Below, in pieces: positions 28,820-41,015 of a DNA stretch of 64,000 nt. Each line of letters begins with the position of its first letter. The first letter of the stretch is position 1. The DNA is from Mayamaea pseudoterrestris (taxonomy: Eukaryota). The stretch lies in assembly GCA_027923505.1 (NCBI GenBank), contig BROI01000003.1, forward strand, positions 1,240,001 to 1,304,000, given 5' to 3'. The translations under genes and the position numbers were made by a program. The notes under the pieces were generated by a model. The model had not been told where the DNA came from, did no database searches, and saw nothing but the letters and a program-made list of their open reading frames with translations.

Positions 28820-30811
28820 ATGCCGGCACTGTCTGCCTTGCTGTCTCCAACGGCGCCTCCGTCCCTGTCGCGTCGCAAATCTTCGCATGGACATCATCAT
28901 CACAATCATCATGCAGCGTCATCATCTACCAGTCGCCGACTGTTACAAGCTGCCATGATATTTTGCCTTGGATCAATGAGTCTCCTTCCTATATTAGTAT
29001 TGGAGACGCAATATCCTTCCTTTTGGAGCGCTTCCTGGAAGTCCATGCAAAAGAACCATCCAACCATGGTTTCCGTGGATCGTCTCTTTACCAACATGGC
29101 CAAGCATTTGCAGGAAGGACACTTGCAGCCGTTGCTGCGGACAAGAGATGAAGTAGCAGCAGTTAAAGTCAACAATCCATTGGAGCAAGCGTTGCACGAG
29201 CAGCAGGAAGCAAACGCCGCGGCTGCTCCGGAACGACTTCCTCCTGCTGCGCAAAAGGAAAGCACCATGCATCACTACGCCAAAAAGATTCCAATTTCAC
29301 TCTCGCAACTATCACCCGATCCAGCCGATTGGACGAGCCGCCAACCACTGGCGCGCGGCGTCGCCGGTCGGCCCATGGACCAAACGCCGGCTCTTTTGGG
29401 AGCCAAACGAGCGTCGGTGCAGTGCTCGGAAATAAATGTGGACTCGCTCGCCTACTGGAACCATCCGCAGGGAACGCGCGATGCAGCATTCATTAGTCCA
29501 TTCTCGGTGCAGCGAGAGAATGATGCAACTACGCAACAACAACAATACTACTTGACGTTTACACCAGACCCGGGCGGCTGGAACAATATTCGCATGAGCA
29601 TGGAAATCATTTTCGTCTTGGCCGCCGCCACTGGGCGCACGCTTGTCTTGCCGCCCCGTGAACCCCTGTACTTGTTGCATCACGACAAGGAGGAAAAGCA
29701 TCGTGGCTTTGCCGACTTTTATCCACTGGATGCGCCGGAATTTATAAAGCGCGTCAAGGTAATTAGCATGGAGCAGTTTCTGCAAATAGAAGGTGGTGCT
29801 GACGGACTCGTTCCCATACCCAACGAGCAACGGACGGCCATTATGAACGCGGCGGATCATTGCGATCATCGAAAAGCATCGGAATCATACTGCGGACCCA
29901 TTTGGGAGTTTTTGGAGAGTGGAACGTTGGCGCATGTGCATTCGCCCAATATTTCGAGCGAGGAGTCGTGCATGGTGTTTGACGAAGCAACCTATGCTGG
30001 TGAACGTCCAACGCCAGACATTCAAACGTATGTTGACACGGTTTGTGGAGAGAAGCGACAGCAAGTTTTCATGACAAAAGAGTTTCAGCAACATAGAGTA
30101 TTGCACTTTCGAGCCGGAGGCAAAACGACTCGTCTCTTGACACATTTCTACGCCATGATTCACTTTACCAACCCCAAGATTGATCACTACTACAAGCGAT
30201 TCGTGCGCGACTTTTTGCACTATCACGACGTTATATTTTGCGCGGCTGGCAAGATTGTCAAGGCGCTGCAAGCGGAAGCGGCCGAGCGAAACTTTACGCC
30301 GGATGAAAATGGCGCTGGCGGATACTCGGCCATGCACATTCGACGAGGCGATTTGCAATACAAAAAGGTCAAGATTCCAGCCAAGGAGTGGTACGAAAAT
30401 ACCAAGGAAGTGTGGTTGCCGAACGAAATATTGTACATTGCGACTGATGAAAAACAAAAGGAATTCTTTAACGACTTGGCCGCGCATCATGATTTGCGGT
30501 TCCTTGACGACTACTGGGAGCTGGCAGGTTTGGGAGATTTGGATGGAAACTACATGGGCATGATCGATACCATTGTTGCGAGTCGAGGACGAGCGTTCGC
30601 AGGCACCTTTTTCAGTACCTTTACGGGGTTTATAAATCGAATGCGGGGCTACCACGGCCTGAGCATGCACGACACTTGGTATAGCTTTTTGCCAAGGAAA
30701 AACGTGACGCATAGCTGGGACATTATGGACTCGCCGAGGTATGCCTTTGAATGGCCCGATGGTTTTGTGGGCATTGACGCGGACGAGTGGCCGAGTCGAG
30801 ATGTATTTTAA
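28820..30811 (+). CDS. GDP-fucose protein O-fucosyltransferase family protein
   Basis: Type II TM; DPGGWNNIRMSME, GRTLVLPP, YSAMHIRRGDLQY, LYIATDE, FAGTFFSTFTGFINRMRGY. Confidence 0.85.
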   Translation: MPALSALLSPTAPPSLSRRKSSHGHHHHNHHAASSSTSRRLLQAAMIFCLGSMSLLPILVLETQYPSFWSASWKSMQKNHPTMVSVDRLFTNMAKHLQEGHLQPLLRTRDEVAAVKVNNPLEQALHEQQEANAAAAPERLPPAAQKESTMHHYAKKIPISLSQLSPDPADWTSRQPLARGVAGRPMDQTPALLGAKRASVQCSEINVDSLAYWNHPQGTRDAAFISPFSVQRENDATTQQQQYYLTFTPDPGGWNNIRMSMEIIFVLAAATGRTLVLPPREPLYLLHHDKEEKHRGFADFYPLDAPEFIKRVKVISMEQFLQIEGGADGLVPIPNEQRTAIMNAADHCDHRKASESYCGPIWEFLESGTLAHVHSPNISSEESCMVFDEATYAGERPTPDIQTYVDTVCGEKRQQVFMTKEFQQHRVLHFRAGGKTTRLLTHFYAMIHFTNPKIDHYYKRFVRDFLHYHDVIFCAAGKIVKALQAEAAERNFTPDENGAGGYSAMHIRRGDLQYKKVKIPAKEWYENTKEVWLPNEILYIATDEKQKEFFNDLAAHHDLRFLDDYWELAGLGDLDGNYMGMIDTIVASRGRAFAGTFFSTFTGFINRMRGYHGLSMHDTWYSFLPRKNVTHSWDIMDSPRYAFEWPDGFVGIDADEWPSRDVF

Positions 30812-30933
30812 GTTAGATATGGACTTGGATAGACAAAAAAGGTTAAAAGTTAATGCAGACTAGATCTTGCAAACGACGTCGTACACTCCATCTCTTGTAT
30901 AGACGGTATGTACTAACAGTATAGTTTGACTTT

Positions 30934-31635
30934 CTACGCCTTCTTTTGAGCATTAGCTTTAGCTTCTCGCTCCAACCTAGCCAGTTCTTCCCGCTCAGCT
31001 CGGGCGCTTGCCCCGTCTCGTTCAGCCTCCTGCTGCATCATGAAAAGCTTCTTCTTTTGGTTGATACTGGGAGCCTGATAGATTCTCAGTTTCCAATCAA
31101 TTTCGCGCAAAACGACTCGCATGTGCGAGTGCTTGTGATGCATGATACCGTGTCGACCGCGTCCCATGATTTTGATGCGTCTGATGTGACTTCCTTTGGT
31201 GGCAAAACACTCTGCGACTTCCAACTGCGAAGGCTGCAAGCCATGTCGAATGTCAGCTAGGTTTGCAGTCCGCGTCAAAACCTTTTGAACGAGTGGAGCC
31301 TTTTCCTTTTTGCAAAATTCAAGCTGCGTCAGTGCCTCCTGTAATGGCAAGCCCGCTGCGAATTGGCAAACCAAGTTCAATCGCCATGGACTATGGCGAA
31401 TATTCTTTTCACTTCCTTCATACGTCTTCATCTTCTTCAGTCGGCGACTGACTATGGATGGCTTGAGCTTTGGGTTCTTTTGAAAAGCGGCAAATTGCCT
31501 GCCATCGTCCGACGCAATAACTTGCGGTGACTTGTAGCTTGGACGAGTTGAGAAGCTGCAGGCGGACAGACAGGATGGTCGCAACCATGATCCTAGCGAT
31601 GAGGTTATTCGATTCATTGGCAAAGTAAGCAGCAT
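30934..31635 (-). CDS. MRPL22: Mitochondrial ribosomal protein uL22m (an upstream in-frame ATG also exists at 31689)
   Basis: IRHSPWRLNLVC..AAGL..EAL.QL.F, KIMGRGR.G..H.KHSHMRVVL; presequence-like N-terminus. Confidence 0.85.
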   Translation of the reverse strand: MLLTLPMNRITSSLGSWLRPSCLSACSFSTRPSYKSPQVIASDDGRQFAAFQKNPKLKPSIVSRRLKKMKTYEGSEKNIRHSPWRLNLVCQFAAGLPLQEALTQLEFCKKEKAPLVQKVLTRTANLADIRHGLQPSQLEVAECFATKGSHIRRIKIMGRGRHGIMHHKHSHMRVVLREIDWKLRIYQAPSINQKKKLFMMQQEAERDGASARAEREELARLEREAKANAQKKA

Positions 31636-31740
31636 GGTTATAATATATTGCACCGAGATAAGATGTTGGCGCTGGCGCAAACTTGTCATGGTGGATCGAA
31701 CGGTGCGGACGACATCATCAAGTCACGGTACGACTTAGTG

Positions 31741-32046
31741 ATGCCGCATGCTGGAAGTTCAGACGAAGTCGTTACAACCTCATACTCCAGTGCGCAGAAG
31801 CGGAAGAAGAAGGAAGAAGATGCTGATTTCATTGCTGTCATGTTGGCAACCAAGCTTGACGGCTTGACAAAGGCAAACCTGCGCGACGCAATCAATGGCA
31901 CCGTGGCAATGATTGCCCAGCGTTCTCTTGAAAAGATTCGCGCCAAGGATGACAGCGAGAAGGCGCAAATTGAACTATTGATTCAACCTTTGCGCGACGA
32001 GCTGGCGGAAACGAAGCGAATGTATGATGAGTCATTCGATTCGTAG
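31741..32046 (+). CDS. Small hypothetical helical protein
   Basis: 101-aa ORF with KRKKK and amphipathic helices; no recognised motif. Confidence 0.3.
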   Translation: MPHAGSSDEVVTTSYSSAQKRKKKEEDADFIAVMLATKLDGLTKANLRDAINGTVAMIAQRSLEKIRAKDDSEKAQIELLIQPLRDELAETKRMYDESFDS

Positions 32047-32270
32047 CTGCAAGGCAAAGGCGGTGGCCTTTCTTTTGTTGACGCACAGTAATTTGTAGCT
32101 ATTTGTCGCATCCAATCTAAAACATACTATTTATAATGTATATATGACTAGTTAGCTATCTCTGAAAAAACGCCAACTGGGAGCTGGTGGGTGGCGCAAC
32201 TGTTTTTCTGCAATGATCGCGTGTAGTGAATATTTATTTGAAAAAGCAACCGAGTAACTGAAGAACCGAT

Positions 32271-34339
32271 CTACTCCTCTCGCGGTATTGTTATTTCAGA
32301 TGGCAGCTCGGCTGTCCGTCGTTGCTGCTGCACTTCCAATGAATCTTCGCCGGTCAAGAGTCCTCGGTATCCCCTGATGGACAGAGCAACAGTCAAAAAT
32401 GCACTTGCCAATACAGAGCAACCCATCCAAAGAATGGCATTATGGTAATCGAACTTCAGGAATAGGATTGAGTAGAAAACTGCAAAAGTGCTCCCACCGG
32501 CGGCAACGAAACCGGAAATCGAACCAGTTACAGAGAAGTCAACATACGGCACGATGGCAAAGGTGGAGCCTGCCGAGGCTGACACAAAAATGGACAGCAA
32601 AATTAAAACAAAAATGGCCCCCACCAACGTTCGTGCATGTGAGAATGCTATCACACATATACCTTCAATCAGTATGAGAACGACTTGCACCCACATCCGC
32701 CCTCGCATGCCAAACTTGACGTTGGCTACATCATTAACAAACCCTCCGGCGGCGCGAGCAAAAAGATTTACCCACCCCACAGCACTGGCAATGGCGGCTG
32801 CACTCTCGGTTGTCTGGCCAAATTCGTCCTGAAAGTAGAGACTGGCAACTTGTGTGATTGCGACTTCAACACCAAAGCAGCAACCATATTGAATTGCCAA
32901 AAGCCATGTATTTCTGGTCGAAGCTGCGCGTCGTAGCGAGTCCATCGCAGAAACGGGCACCAGTGAGCCTTCTTTGCGAAGCTTTGCCACGTTTCCCTGA
33001 GGTGTATCGTCGGAATAGCGGATCACCACATACGCCATAATCAAGCATAGCAGTGCCGGAAACACCAGAATTGTCCTCCACGCGAGCTCTGCTGCACGAT
33101 CATTCGATGTAAAATCGTCGTGTGCCGTCGTTTTGTTCAACGAAGCTTTATTGTAGCCGTCGCCGCCATAAATGATCTTGAAAAGGGGGAACAGAAGCGA
33201 CCCCATGACAACCTGCGACAAGCCACCGCCTATATTTGCCCAACCAGCAGCAAGCGCCTGCGCAGTTCCAGCAATCTCGACTGTGAACATTGCGCTGATC
33301 CACGACTGGCAACTAACAAAAGCAGAACCCGCAATGCCTATCATGAATCGGGTCCAGTATAAACTTGATGCGCTTTGAATGAGTAAGCCGCTCAAGCCCA
33401 ACGGAATAGCCTTCATAACAAGCGTCGCTGACATGATCCATCGAGATCCGTACTTGTCAATCAATGGCCCTACAGCGACTCGAGTTATAGCTGATGCAAC
33501 AATGGCCAAGATGGATGACGTCCATATTTCTTTGCGCGACAAGCTGAGCGAGTATTGGATTTCGCTGAGCAATGGAACTGGCATTATGGGAGTTGCAGGT
33601 ACATGAGAGGCGTATTTATCTATCAAGAGCTATCATCTGGCACATTCACTCGGCCTTACCGATAGAAAACCAAGCAAAGAATGCGACACCAAATGAGACC
33701 CAAGCCAACTGTTACCAACGTATTAATGAAGATCATAGTGAGACCTTGCTTGTGACAAAATATCTACCGGAAGACCCTTTTTGTAATACTTACATGAAAC
33801 GCCCTCATATGTGGTCTGGCAGTCGAGAAGAGAGGTATTTCCGAGGCGCGATCGTTCTGATCATGATCAATTTGGACGGCAAACAGCTTGTCGCCTGGAT
33901 TGTCATGGCAAGATTTACCATCCGCCGAGCCAAGCTCCAACCGAGAGCTCGTCTCCTCGTCCACCGCAGCATCTGCGAGACTTTCAGCTTGCGTAGCAGT
34001 CTTGGCCGAAACGATTTGGCTTGCGTGTTGAGGCGGATCATCAACGTCGGCGAAATGCAGGGGTGAAAGGTCATCGACCGATGTATCGTGCAATGCTTCG
34101 TGAGCATTATTCAAACGACTACCTCCACCGCGATAGTGAAGGTCCCCAGCTTGCCCTCTTACGTCAACTGGGGTTTGGCTACCAATAAAGTCGTCATCCG
34201 GAGTAACTTCCATTGAATGAAGGGCAAGGTTCCGTAACCGTGATCGTTCCTGAAAGTTTTGCCTTCGACCACCCCTTCGCGCTTGCAGCCGACTCGCATG
34301 ATCATCATTCTTATCAAGTCTTACAGTAAACGATCGCAT
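32271..34339 (-). CDS. NRT2: High-affinity nitrate transporter (NRT2/NNP family); join(33794..34339,33660..33708,32271..33577)
   Basis: ARPHMRAFH|LAWVSFGVAFFAWFSI|VPLL; FVSCQSW.S.MF; GTAQALAAGWANIGGG nitrate signature; YGCCFGVE; NLFARAAGG. Two GT-AG introns restore the frame. Confidence 0.92.
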
Positions 34340-34880
34340 TACTTTATGTCAAGCCAACTATCACTTCAACAATACAGTACTGTAGCAGATGGCTGATGAT
34401 CGATTGGAGCTTTGATGAAACTCACCAATCCACGAATGGATGGAGAATCGACTACTAGAAGTCAAAATAGCCTATTTTGTTCAACTGCGTTGTTCACTTG
34501 TACTCAGAGTTGCTCCACTACCACCTCTCGTACATTACGATGCTGTATAGCAGGCTGTAGCAGGATGATTGTCAAGTCGCCGCTGCTTGAAGAATGATGT
34601 TGTCATGCGAACGGATCGGTGGCGTCGAAACTAACGTCGGACCGGTACTGACTTCTCTCGTGGAGCACAGCCAACACATCATGTTTGGTTCAAATCAAAT
34701 CTATTCGCCAAAATTGTGTTGCATCCATACCCAACTTGCTTCCAAGGAAAATGCGCCTCTTCTGCCATCGTCGCTCAAATCTCCAACTTGAGAGGGAAGC
34801 AAGAAATTCATTGATCGCTGAAGGCAAACTGATTGCCTCCTTTCTTACTCGTGATCGCAACATCTTATTACACACCAACA

Positions 34881-35897
34881 ATGAGCCGCCTTTCTGCCGT
34901 CCTTTCTTTCGCGACATGTGCAGCCGCCACTGCCTTTGTCACTCCATCCAACCTTCAGTCCAACAGAATATCATCTGCATGGACCACTCCGCAGACATCA
35001 AGTACTCTGCAGTATAGGACGCTCGGCAACACGGCGCTAGTGAATGAGTATCTCTACATTCACCAGACGGATGACAATATGATTGCCATTCAGTCGGATC
35101 CATCCACAACCAGCTTGTCAGCACCACGTAACGACATGCTCGATCATTTCTCATCTTCCCAAGAATATGCCTACGAAGGTTATTCATACAATAACAACGA
35201 GCGCATTCAGCAGCTGCAGAAAGTCATTGAATCAATGCAAGCGCGAATGGAGAAGCAACATGACAAGCTTGCCGAGCAACAGGCCAAGACAAAGCAGATC
35301 TTGCTCGAGAAGGCAGAGTTGCAAGTATCACTCAAAGCCAAGGAAGCGGAATATGCCGAGTCAATGGCAACGTTGCTCGGCAGATTTGAATCACTCGAGC
35401 TTCAGTTTGAAACCGAAAAGCAAAAGGTAATATTTCCACATGCTCCGGTATACCACCAACACGAAGCTGTCGCATCAACTCCACCGAAACCATCTACCGT
35501 TGCAACCGCTTCCGTGGCAACCGTGGGTCAAATCAAAAAGTGGGCTGCCCAGGGCGATCAAGGTCGCGCTCTCGCCTTGCAAGCCCTCGAGGAAGGTCGG
35601 GTGCAGTCGCATCGCATCACCATGTCCTTCAACCAGCGACTGCACTTGAAGGATCAGGAGATTGCTTTTTTGAAGGAGCAGTTGACACAGGAGCGCATGC
35701 GTAGCGAAATGAGTGTTGTGGAGCCGAGTCGTCCATCGCGATCAGCGTCATCGCAGACTGACGACATGATCGCCTGGATCAACCAAATGGCTCACATCAT
35801 GTCCAACTACGCCAAGCTGTACCACGTTCCATCAAAGCGATTGGCATCAAAAAAGAGAAAGCCAGGTCTCTTTAGCCGCACGCCGAGCTACAACTAG
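34881..35897 (+). CDS. Hypothetical plastid-targeted coiled-coil protein
   Basis: MSRLSAVLSFATCAAATA-FVTPS fits the ASAFAP-type cleavage motif; heptad-rich central region. Confidence 0.7.
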   Translation: MSRLSAVLSFATCAAATAFVTPSNLQSNRISSAWTTPQTSSTLQYRTLGNTALVNEYLYIHQTDDNMIAIQSDPSTTSLSAPRNDMLDHFSSSQEYAYEGYSYNNNERIQQLQKVIESMQARMEKQHDKLAEQQAKTKQILLEKAELQVSLKAKEAEYAESMATLLGRFESLELQFETEKQKVIFPHAPVYHQHEAVASTPPKPSTVATASVATVGQIKKWAAQGDQGRALALQALEEGRVQSHRITMSFNQRLHLKDQEIAFLKEQLTQERMRSEMSVVEPSRPSRSASSQTDDMIAWINQMAHIMSNYAKLYHVPSKRLASKKRKPGLFSRTPSYN

Positions 35898-36246
35898 ACT
35901 GTTTGGCATCGTTTGTGACTGACGAAAATCTGTAGTGGAACACTTGAGGGTAGTAAGCGCTGTGACAACAAATTAGCCTAGCGAATGACTACCTTACATA
36001 GCTGTATCTTGCATTAACATTATGCCTATTATGTATATCGTTGCTTTGTAGGTTTGAATCGTTGGAAACGAAGCTAAAACGAGAGATGTTGCAGGTCGTA
36101 GCAATCATTACCGGAACGACAGCACAGATCCCTCGGCTTGAAGCGGCTCTTTCGAACACAATCGATGCGACGCTCGTCACACCTCCACAGCCCCTTGTCG
36201 TAACCAACCGCTAATTTCTCACATTCCGTCACTACAATCTTTCAGA

Positions 36247-36819
36247 ATGGCGTCCTTTCTCATCAAGACATCTGGCGCAACGCTGCTGGGCATGTATGCC
36301 GAGTCAAGAGCAGGACTCTCGGAAAAGACGAGTCTTTCTCTCTTTGGCATTACACCCCTCATTCTGTCCGGCGTCAGCTTTTACTCCCTCATGTATGGCT
36401 TCTTTGCCGTCGGCGGCGCCCGCCAAAAGTACAGAGAGCAAGCCATCAAAGATGGAGAACCAGACGCGGAGGACCGCTACTCGCTGCCAAACCTCTACGT
36501 GGACGGAAACAGCAAGAATGCTCGCGCCTTTAACGCGGTCCAGCGTTCGCACCAACACATTTTCGAAACGCTGCCTGGCGTCATGCTCACGTCCATCATC
36601 AACGCCTTTCAGTATCCGTGCTTGACGGCCGTTTACACGGCCACGTATGCGTTGGGCCGAGTGTTACTGACGTCGAGCTACGGCAAGAGTGAAGGTGAGG
36701 TGGCCAAGCGGTACGAGAATCCGCTCGCGCGAAGCATGTGGTACGGTATTCTGGGCAACTTTTTGTTGGCGTTTGTTTCCTGCGCCAATATGATTACGGG
36801 AAAGAAGGTCTTGTGGTAG
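36247..36819 (+). CDS. MAPEG family protein (microsomal glutathione S-transferase 3-like)
   Basis: VGGARQKY, PNLY, AFNAVQRSHQHIFE, GRVL...Y, KR motifs; 4 TMs. Confidence 0.85.
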   Translation: MASFLIKTSGATLLGMYAESRAGLSEKTSLSLFGITPLILSGVSFYSLMYGFFAVGGARQKYREQAIKDGEPDAEDRYSLPNLYVDGNSKNARAFNAVQRSHQHIFETLPGVMLTSIINAFQYPCLTAVYTATYALGRVLLTSSYGKSEGEVAKRYENPLARSMWYGILGNFLLAFVSCANMITGKKVLW

Positions 36820-36980
36820 ATGTACAATTGAACTGTTGGTACGGGTCTTTGGGTGTAGTAGACGGAGTATCGGACGATTCTACTCACTAAAGCAGACTAA
36901 TTTGATGGCACGAAGTTTAATATACCTTGTTGATAGCTAGACATAATCGAGTGTAAAATACTGCAAGTAAAAGCTTGTAT

Positions 36981-38500
36981 TTACGTTGCAGGTTTCCAAA
37001 AGTAGAGCCAGCTATATGACGAAGCACCAGCGTTTCTCTCTACCTGCGGCCGCGACGAGAGTCGTCGGGTCGGTCGCCGCTTATTGGCACATTTGCGATA
37101 CTTGTTATAGTTCTCCATCTTTGCCCCCTCCACCAATCGATCGTAGCGATCGAGCGTCGGAGGATGCGTGTCATAGACTTGGGAAACCCGCCAGGAGCTT
37201 GACACGTTTGGTTGCGCCGCGACACGAGACTCGTGCATTTTGCGAATCACCTCGACTCCTCGCGTCGTGTCAAAGCAGGCACGCGCGGCAATCTCCAAGC
37301 CAACCTTGTCGGCTTCGTACTCATTGTCGCGGGAGTATGCCGTCGACATGGCGTGACGAAACGAGGCAAGCATGGCCATGACGGCAACGGAAAAGGCGCC
37401 AGCCGTTGGATCAAGGGTGAGCAGCAGCACTTCCACTGTTCGTAATATCATTTCCACCGAGTTGGTCGAAGATACATGGCCGAGCAATAGATGCGATACT
37501 TTAGTGAAGAATTTCGCAACATCATGTGAGCGTGAGCAAGTACAGCCAGCAGCAACATAAGCACAACGCAATCACACCAACATGTATGCCAATGCGTACC
37601 TTCATGTCCAAGTACAACTGCCAACTCGTCGGACGTTTCCGCAATCTGCAGCATGCTGGACGTAATGAAGAATCGCTGCGGCAAGATTTCCGTCACGAAC
37701 GCGTTTGGATTCGGAGTGTGAATGAAAATGTATTGCCACTGCTTGTCGCCGTATTCACCTTCCAGTCGCAAGCGCGCCGTTTGCCACTCCTGGACGAGCT
37801 CGTCGCGCTGCAAGGCAATCATCAAGTCTTGTTGCGAAATGTCTGGTGGAAGCTTGGTTTTGCAATCGTCCATGGCAGTTTGTAGTTGCTCCTTGGCGTA
37901 GTCGCGAGCGGCTTGGATAATGGCGTCTGTTTGTAAATGAAAGGAGAAGCGTTGGAGCATATTCTCATTGACATTACTCTATTTCTGTTTCATTCATATA
38001 TACTCACGACCGACGGCCGCCACTTGATGATGCTTCTTGTTGGATCCGTAGGCAATCTTGCCATCCTGCACCACGGTAATGTCTTTTTCGGTGACACCGA
38101 GCGAAACCAACATGCTCTGCAGCAAGTTTTTTTGCAGCGCCTCGGGGTTGCGCGTGCACTCCAAAATGCCCTGCTGGTATCCGAGTCCGTAGACGGATGC
38201 CACCAGAAAGGGAATGCGCGTGTATTTCAGTACAGTGGCCAGGCGCCGCCAAAATTTGCTGGTGAAGCGAGCGCGAACGCGATCCAAAAGTGACAAGTGT
38301 TGCGTTTGCGGCGCGGATGCTAGCTGCGTGGCACATCGTCTCGTCACTAGATGGAGCGAACGCAGGCGCGTACAAGGTTTGAAAGTCACATCAAGGATGC
38401 GGATGCGAGAATGGATGCGGTGGCGGTGACTCCGAGCTAGCAGCCGCGCCGACGTGACGGATGAATGAGCAGCTGCTGCGGTGACGCATACAGCGAGCAT
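36981..38500 (-). CDS. Peptidase M48 (Oma1-like) metalloprotease; join(38008..38500,37600..37926,36981..37498)
   Basis: PNAFV, DELAVVLGHE|VSH (HEXXH rebuilt across intron 37499-37599), YSRDNEYEADKVG, THPP. Confidence 0.85.
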
Positions 38501-38823
38501 TGTAGGTGAGAATTTAGAATCAGGCAACGCCGTTAATATTGCCGCCTAACGAGTCTCCTCGATTGTTTCCTGCTGCTACAAGGAGAGTCTTTTCAAAAAC
38601 AAGTACCGGTAGTTGCAGAAGGCTGTCAAAGTCTCCGGCCATCGTCCGATTTTGTCTCGACGATGGGCTTTTGCATCGGAAGATTGAAAACCGGTCGGAC
38701 GTGATCCGGAGTCGCAACGTTTCTCCGTTTCCCTGCGCTGCGATGATCCTTCCTCCTTCCACTCCACTATGACTTTCAATGCCACTAAAACTGTAAACAG
38801 CCAAACAAACAGCAATATTAAAC

Positions 38824-40265
38824 ATGGAATCATCATCTCCTTCTCGTCGTACTAGCCGAGCCATCGTTTGGCGCTCGCAGATTGGGCTTGACACCTCCGC
38901 AAAGGAAGTCGCCACACGACGAGAAGCCTTTGAGGAATTCACGCAATTATATCCGTATCCGGAGGATCCAGCGTTGACTTTGAATGACAACAATGCCATG
39001 GATGAAGGAATGATTCAAAATGACAACTCTGCATCTCCAGCAGCAGCTGCATTGTCCGGTAGCAGCGACTTGGATCCCCTTACAGCCATGCTACTCCAAG
39101 ACCAGGCACTGGCGCAGCAACAACAAAACATGGACTTGGAGTACCGCAAGGAAATGGCGCGTCGCAGGCGCAGCAAGGATTTTCTGCAAGACAAAATAGT
39201 CGAGGAGGAATCCTACGACCGCAACCTTGTTGCCTTGCAGATTATTGACAAGGATTTGCATCGACTGGCGCATCCCCGTGGTGACGAATCATCCAACGCC
39301 AACACTGCGCGAAAGGAGATTTTGCGACGCGTCTTGTACGTGTACAACTGTCGACATGAGCACATTGGCTACCGACAAGGCATGCACGAGATTGCTAGCT
39401 GGTTACTGTGGGCGCTCGAACAGTCGGATGATGATGACACTATCGAACAAATGGATGCATCAACCATGGCATCGGAATGCTACTTTTTGACGGAACGCAT
39501 ACTCACCGACATTCAACCCGCCTACGACGTGGGCGGGCACAAGCCCATGGAGGGAATTTCGAAGCGCGTCATGGATCTCGTGGCCAAGGCTGACCAACGG
39601 GTGCGACTGCGGCTCGACCATCTGGGCATTCCGCCCACCATTTACTTGACCAAGTGGCTGCGCCTACTGTTTAGTCGCGAAGTTGTAAACGTGATGACGC
39701 TCTGGGATGTCTTGTTCAACGTCAAGGAGGATGGCTTTGGCTGGATGATGATTTTGGAGGCAACGGCAGCAGCGCGATTGCTGCAACATCGAAGCGACAT
39801 TATACGTTCGAGTGATGATGGTTTGCTGCATTTGCTCATGAACATGGCACCCGAACAAGATCTACAGTCAATGCTGCAGTATCTACAACCTTTGTTGAGG
39901 GGCGAGCCATTGGATCTTCCAGTCATTGAGGTGCCGCCGATTACTGCTGTAACGCAGGATGGTCCTTCTCCAACGAATGGCGGCAAGCGCAACGGCACTG
40001 GTAGTCAGACATCGCCACTATTTTCGACGCAAACGGTCGGCTCTCTCGCGGCTCACTTGACGGGTGTCAAGGAAACGATTGCAGCGCAGACGCAATCCAT
40101 TTCCAAGCGCTTGATGCAGGAATGGGAGGCCATTCAGGCGGAGAACCAACAGGCGCAACGATCTTATGACGATGGGATTTGGAACCATTCATTGGCCAAT
40201 GTCAATACAAACTCGTTTGATAGTCCGATTGGCAGTGCAATTTCCACTCCGCATCATGATCGCTT

Positions 40266-40310
<45 letters not shown>

Positions 40311-40530
40311 CAATACACCAAGTACGATGCATTCTCCAACGCGACGAAGCAACACATTTCCTCCTCATACGTGGGCATTCGAAATGGAGCATCGACTGGG
40401 CGTACTACAAAACTTTGTCATGCTGACGGAGCAACGCAACCGCGGATCCGTGGCACCGGCAGTGTGGGAAGCACTAGCTGACTTGGAAGAAATGCGACAG
40501 TCGATTGTGCAAACGCAGAATACGTTGTGA
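38824..40530 (+). CDS. Rab-GAP TBC domain protein
   Basis: IIDKDLHRL (IxxDxxR), GYRQGMHEI (YxQ), KWLRLLFSRE, LWD. Confidence 0.9.
40267..40308 (+). repeat. (CAG)13CAA polyglutamine tract in the TBC gene
   Basis: Read directly; encodes Q14. Confidence 0.9.
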
Positions 40531-41015
40531 CCAAGTCTTTGATATACATATTGGTAAACTAGGTTAGCTGACTCGCTAGCTACTTTGATACTGCTTCTTC
40601 GGTAGTAGTCGTCTATTTCTCAAGCCCAACTACTGGAGTTATGCACGAATGTCTTGTGACAGCTCGACTCGTTCCTTTTTAGTGGATCATGAACACATCA
40701 TGAAAAGTGTTCGCGACAAGAGGGGCAATACTAAATGTCTTTCGATGACTTATGGGGCAATAGTCAGAAAATCTCCAAATTTTCAGTCGGACGTCACACC
40801 ATGGTGGCGCGCGCTCACACCATCATCGATTCGTCAACTTCTCGCATGCAACAAGGCAACTGCAGAGACGCAATAACAACACTCAACGAGAGCTTCTTGT
40901 GTGCAATCTTTGACGCTGCTTCCACAGATATCAATATTTATAACCTCGGCGTGCTATTTGATTTAAAAGCGGCAGGCTTTACAGAGATTCTAGTCTGACG
41001 AAGAATTTCGATGCA

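Noticed and set aside
29885..30712. 275-aa minus-strand ORF, and similar antisense ORFs at 53298-54110, 62046-62801 and 26254-26907
   Set aside because: Each lies opposite a well-supported gene and has no recognisable motifs.
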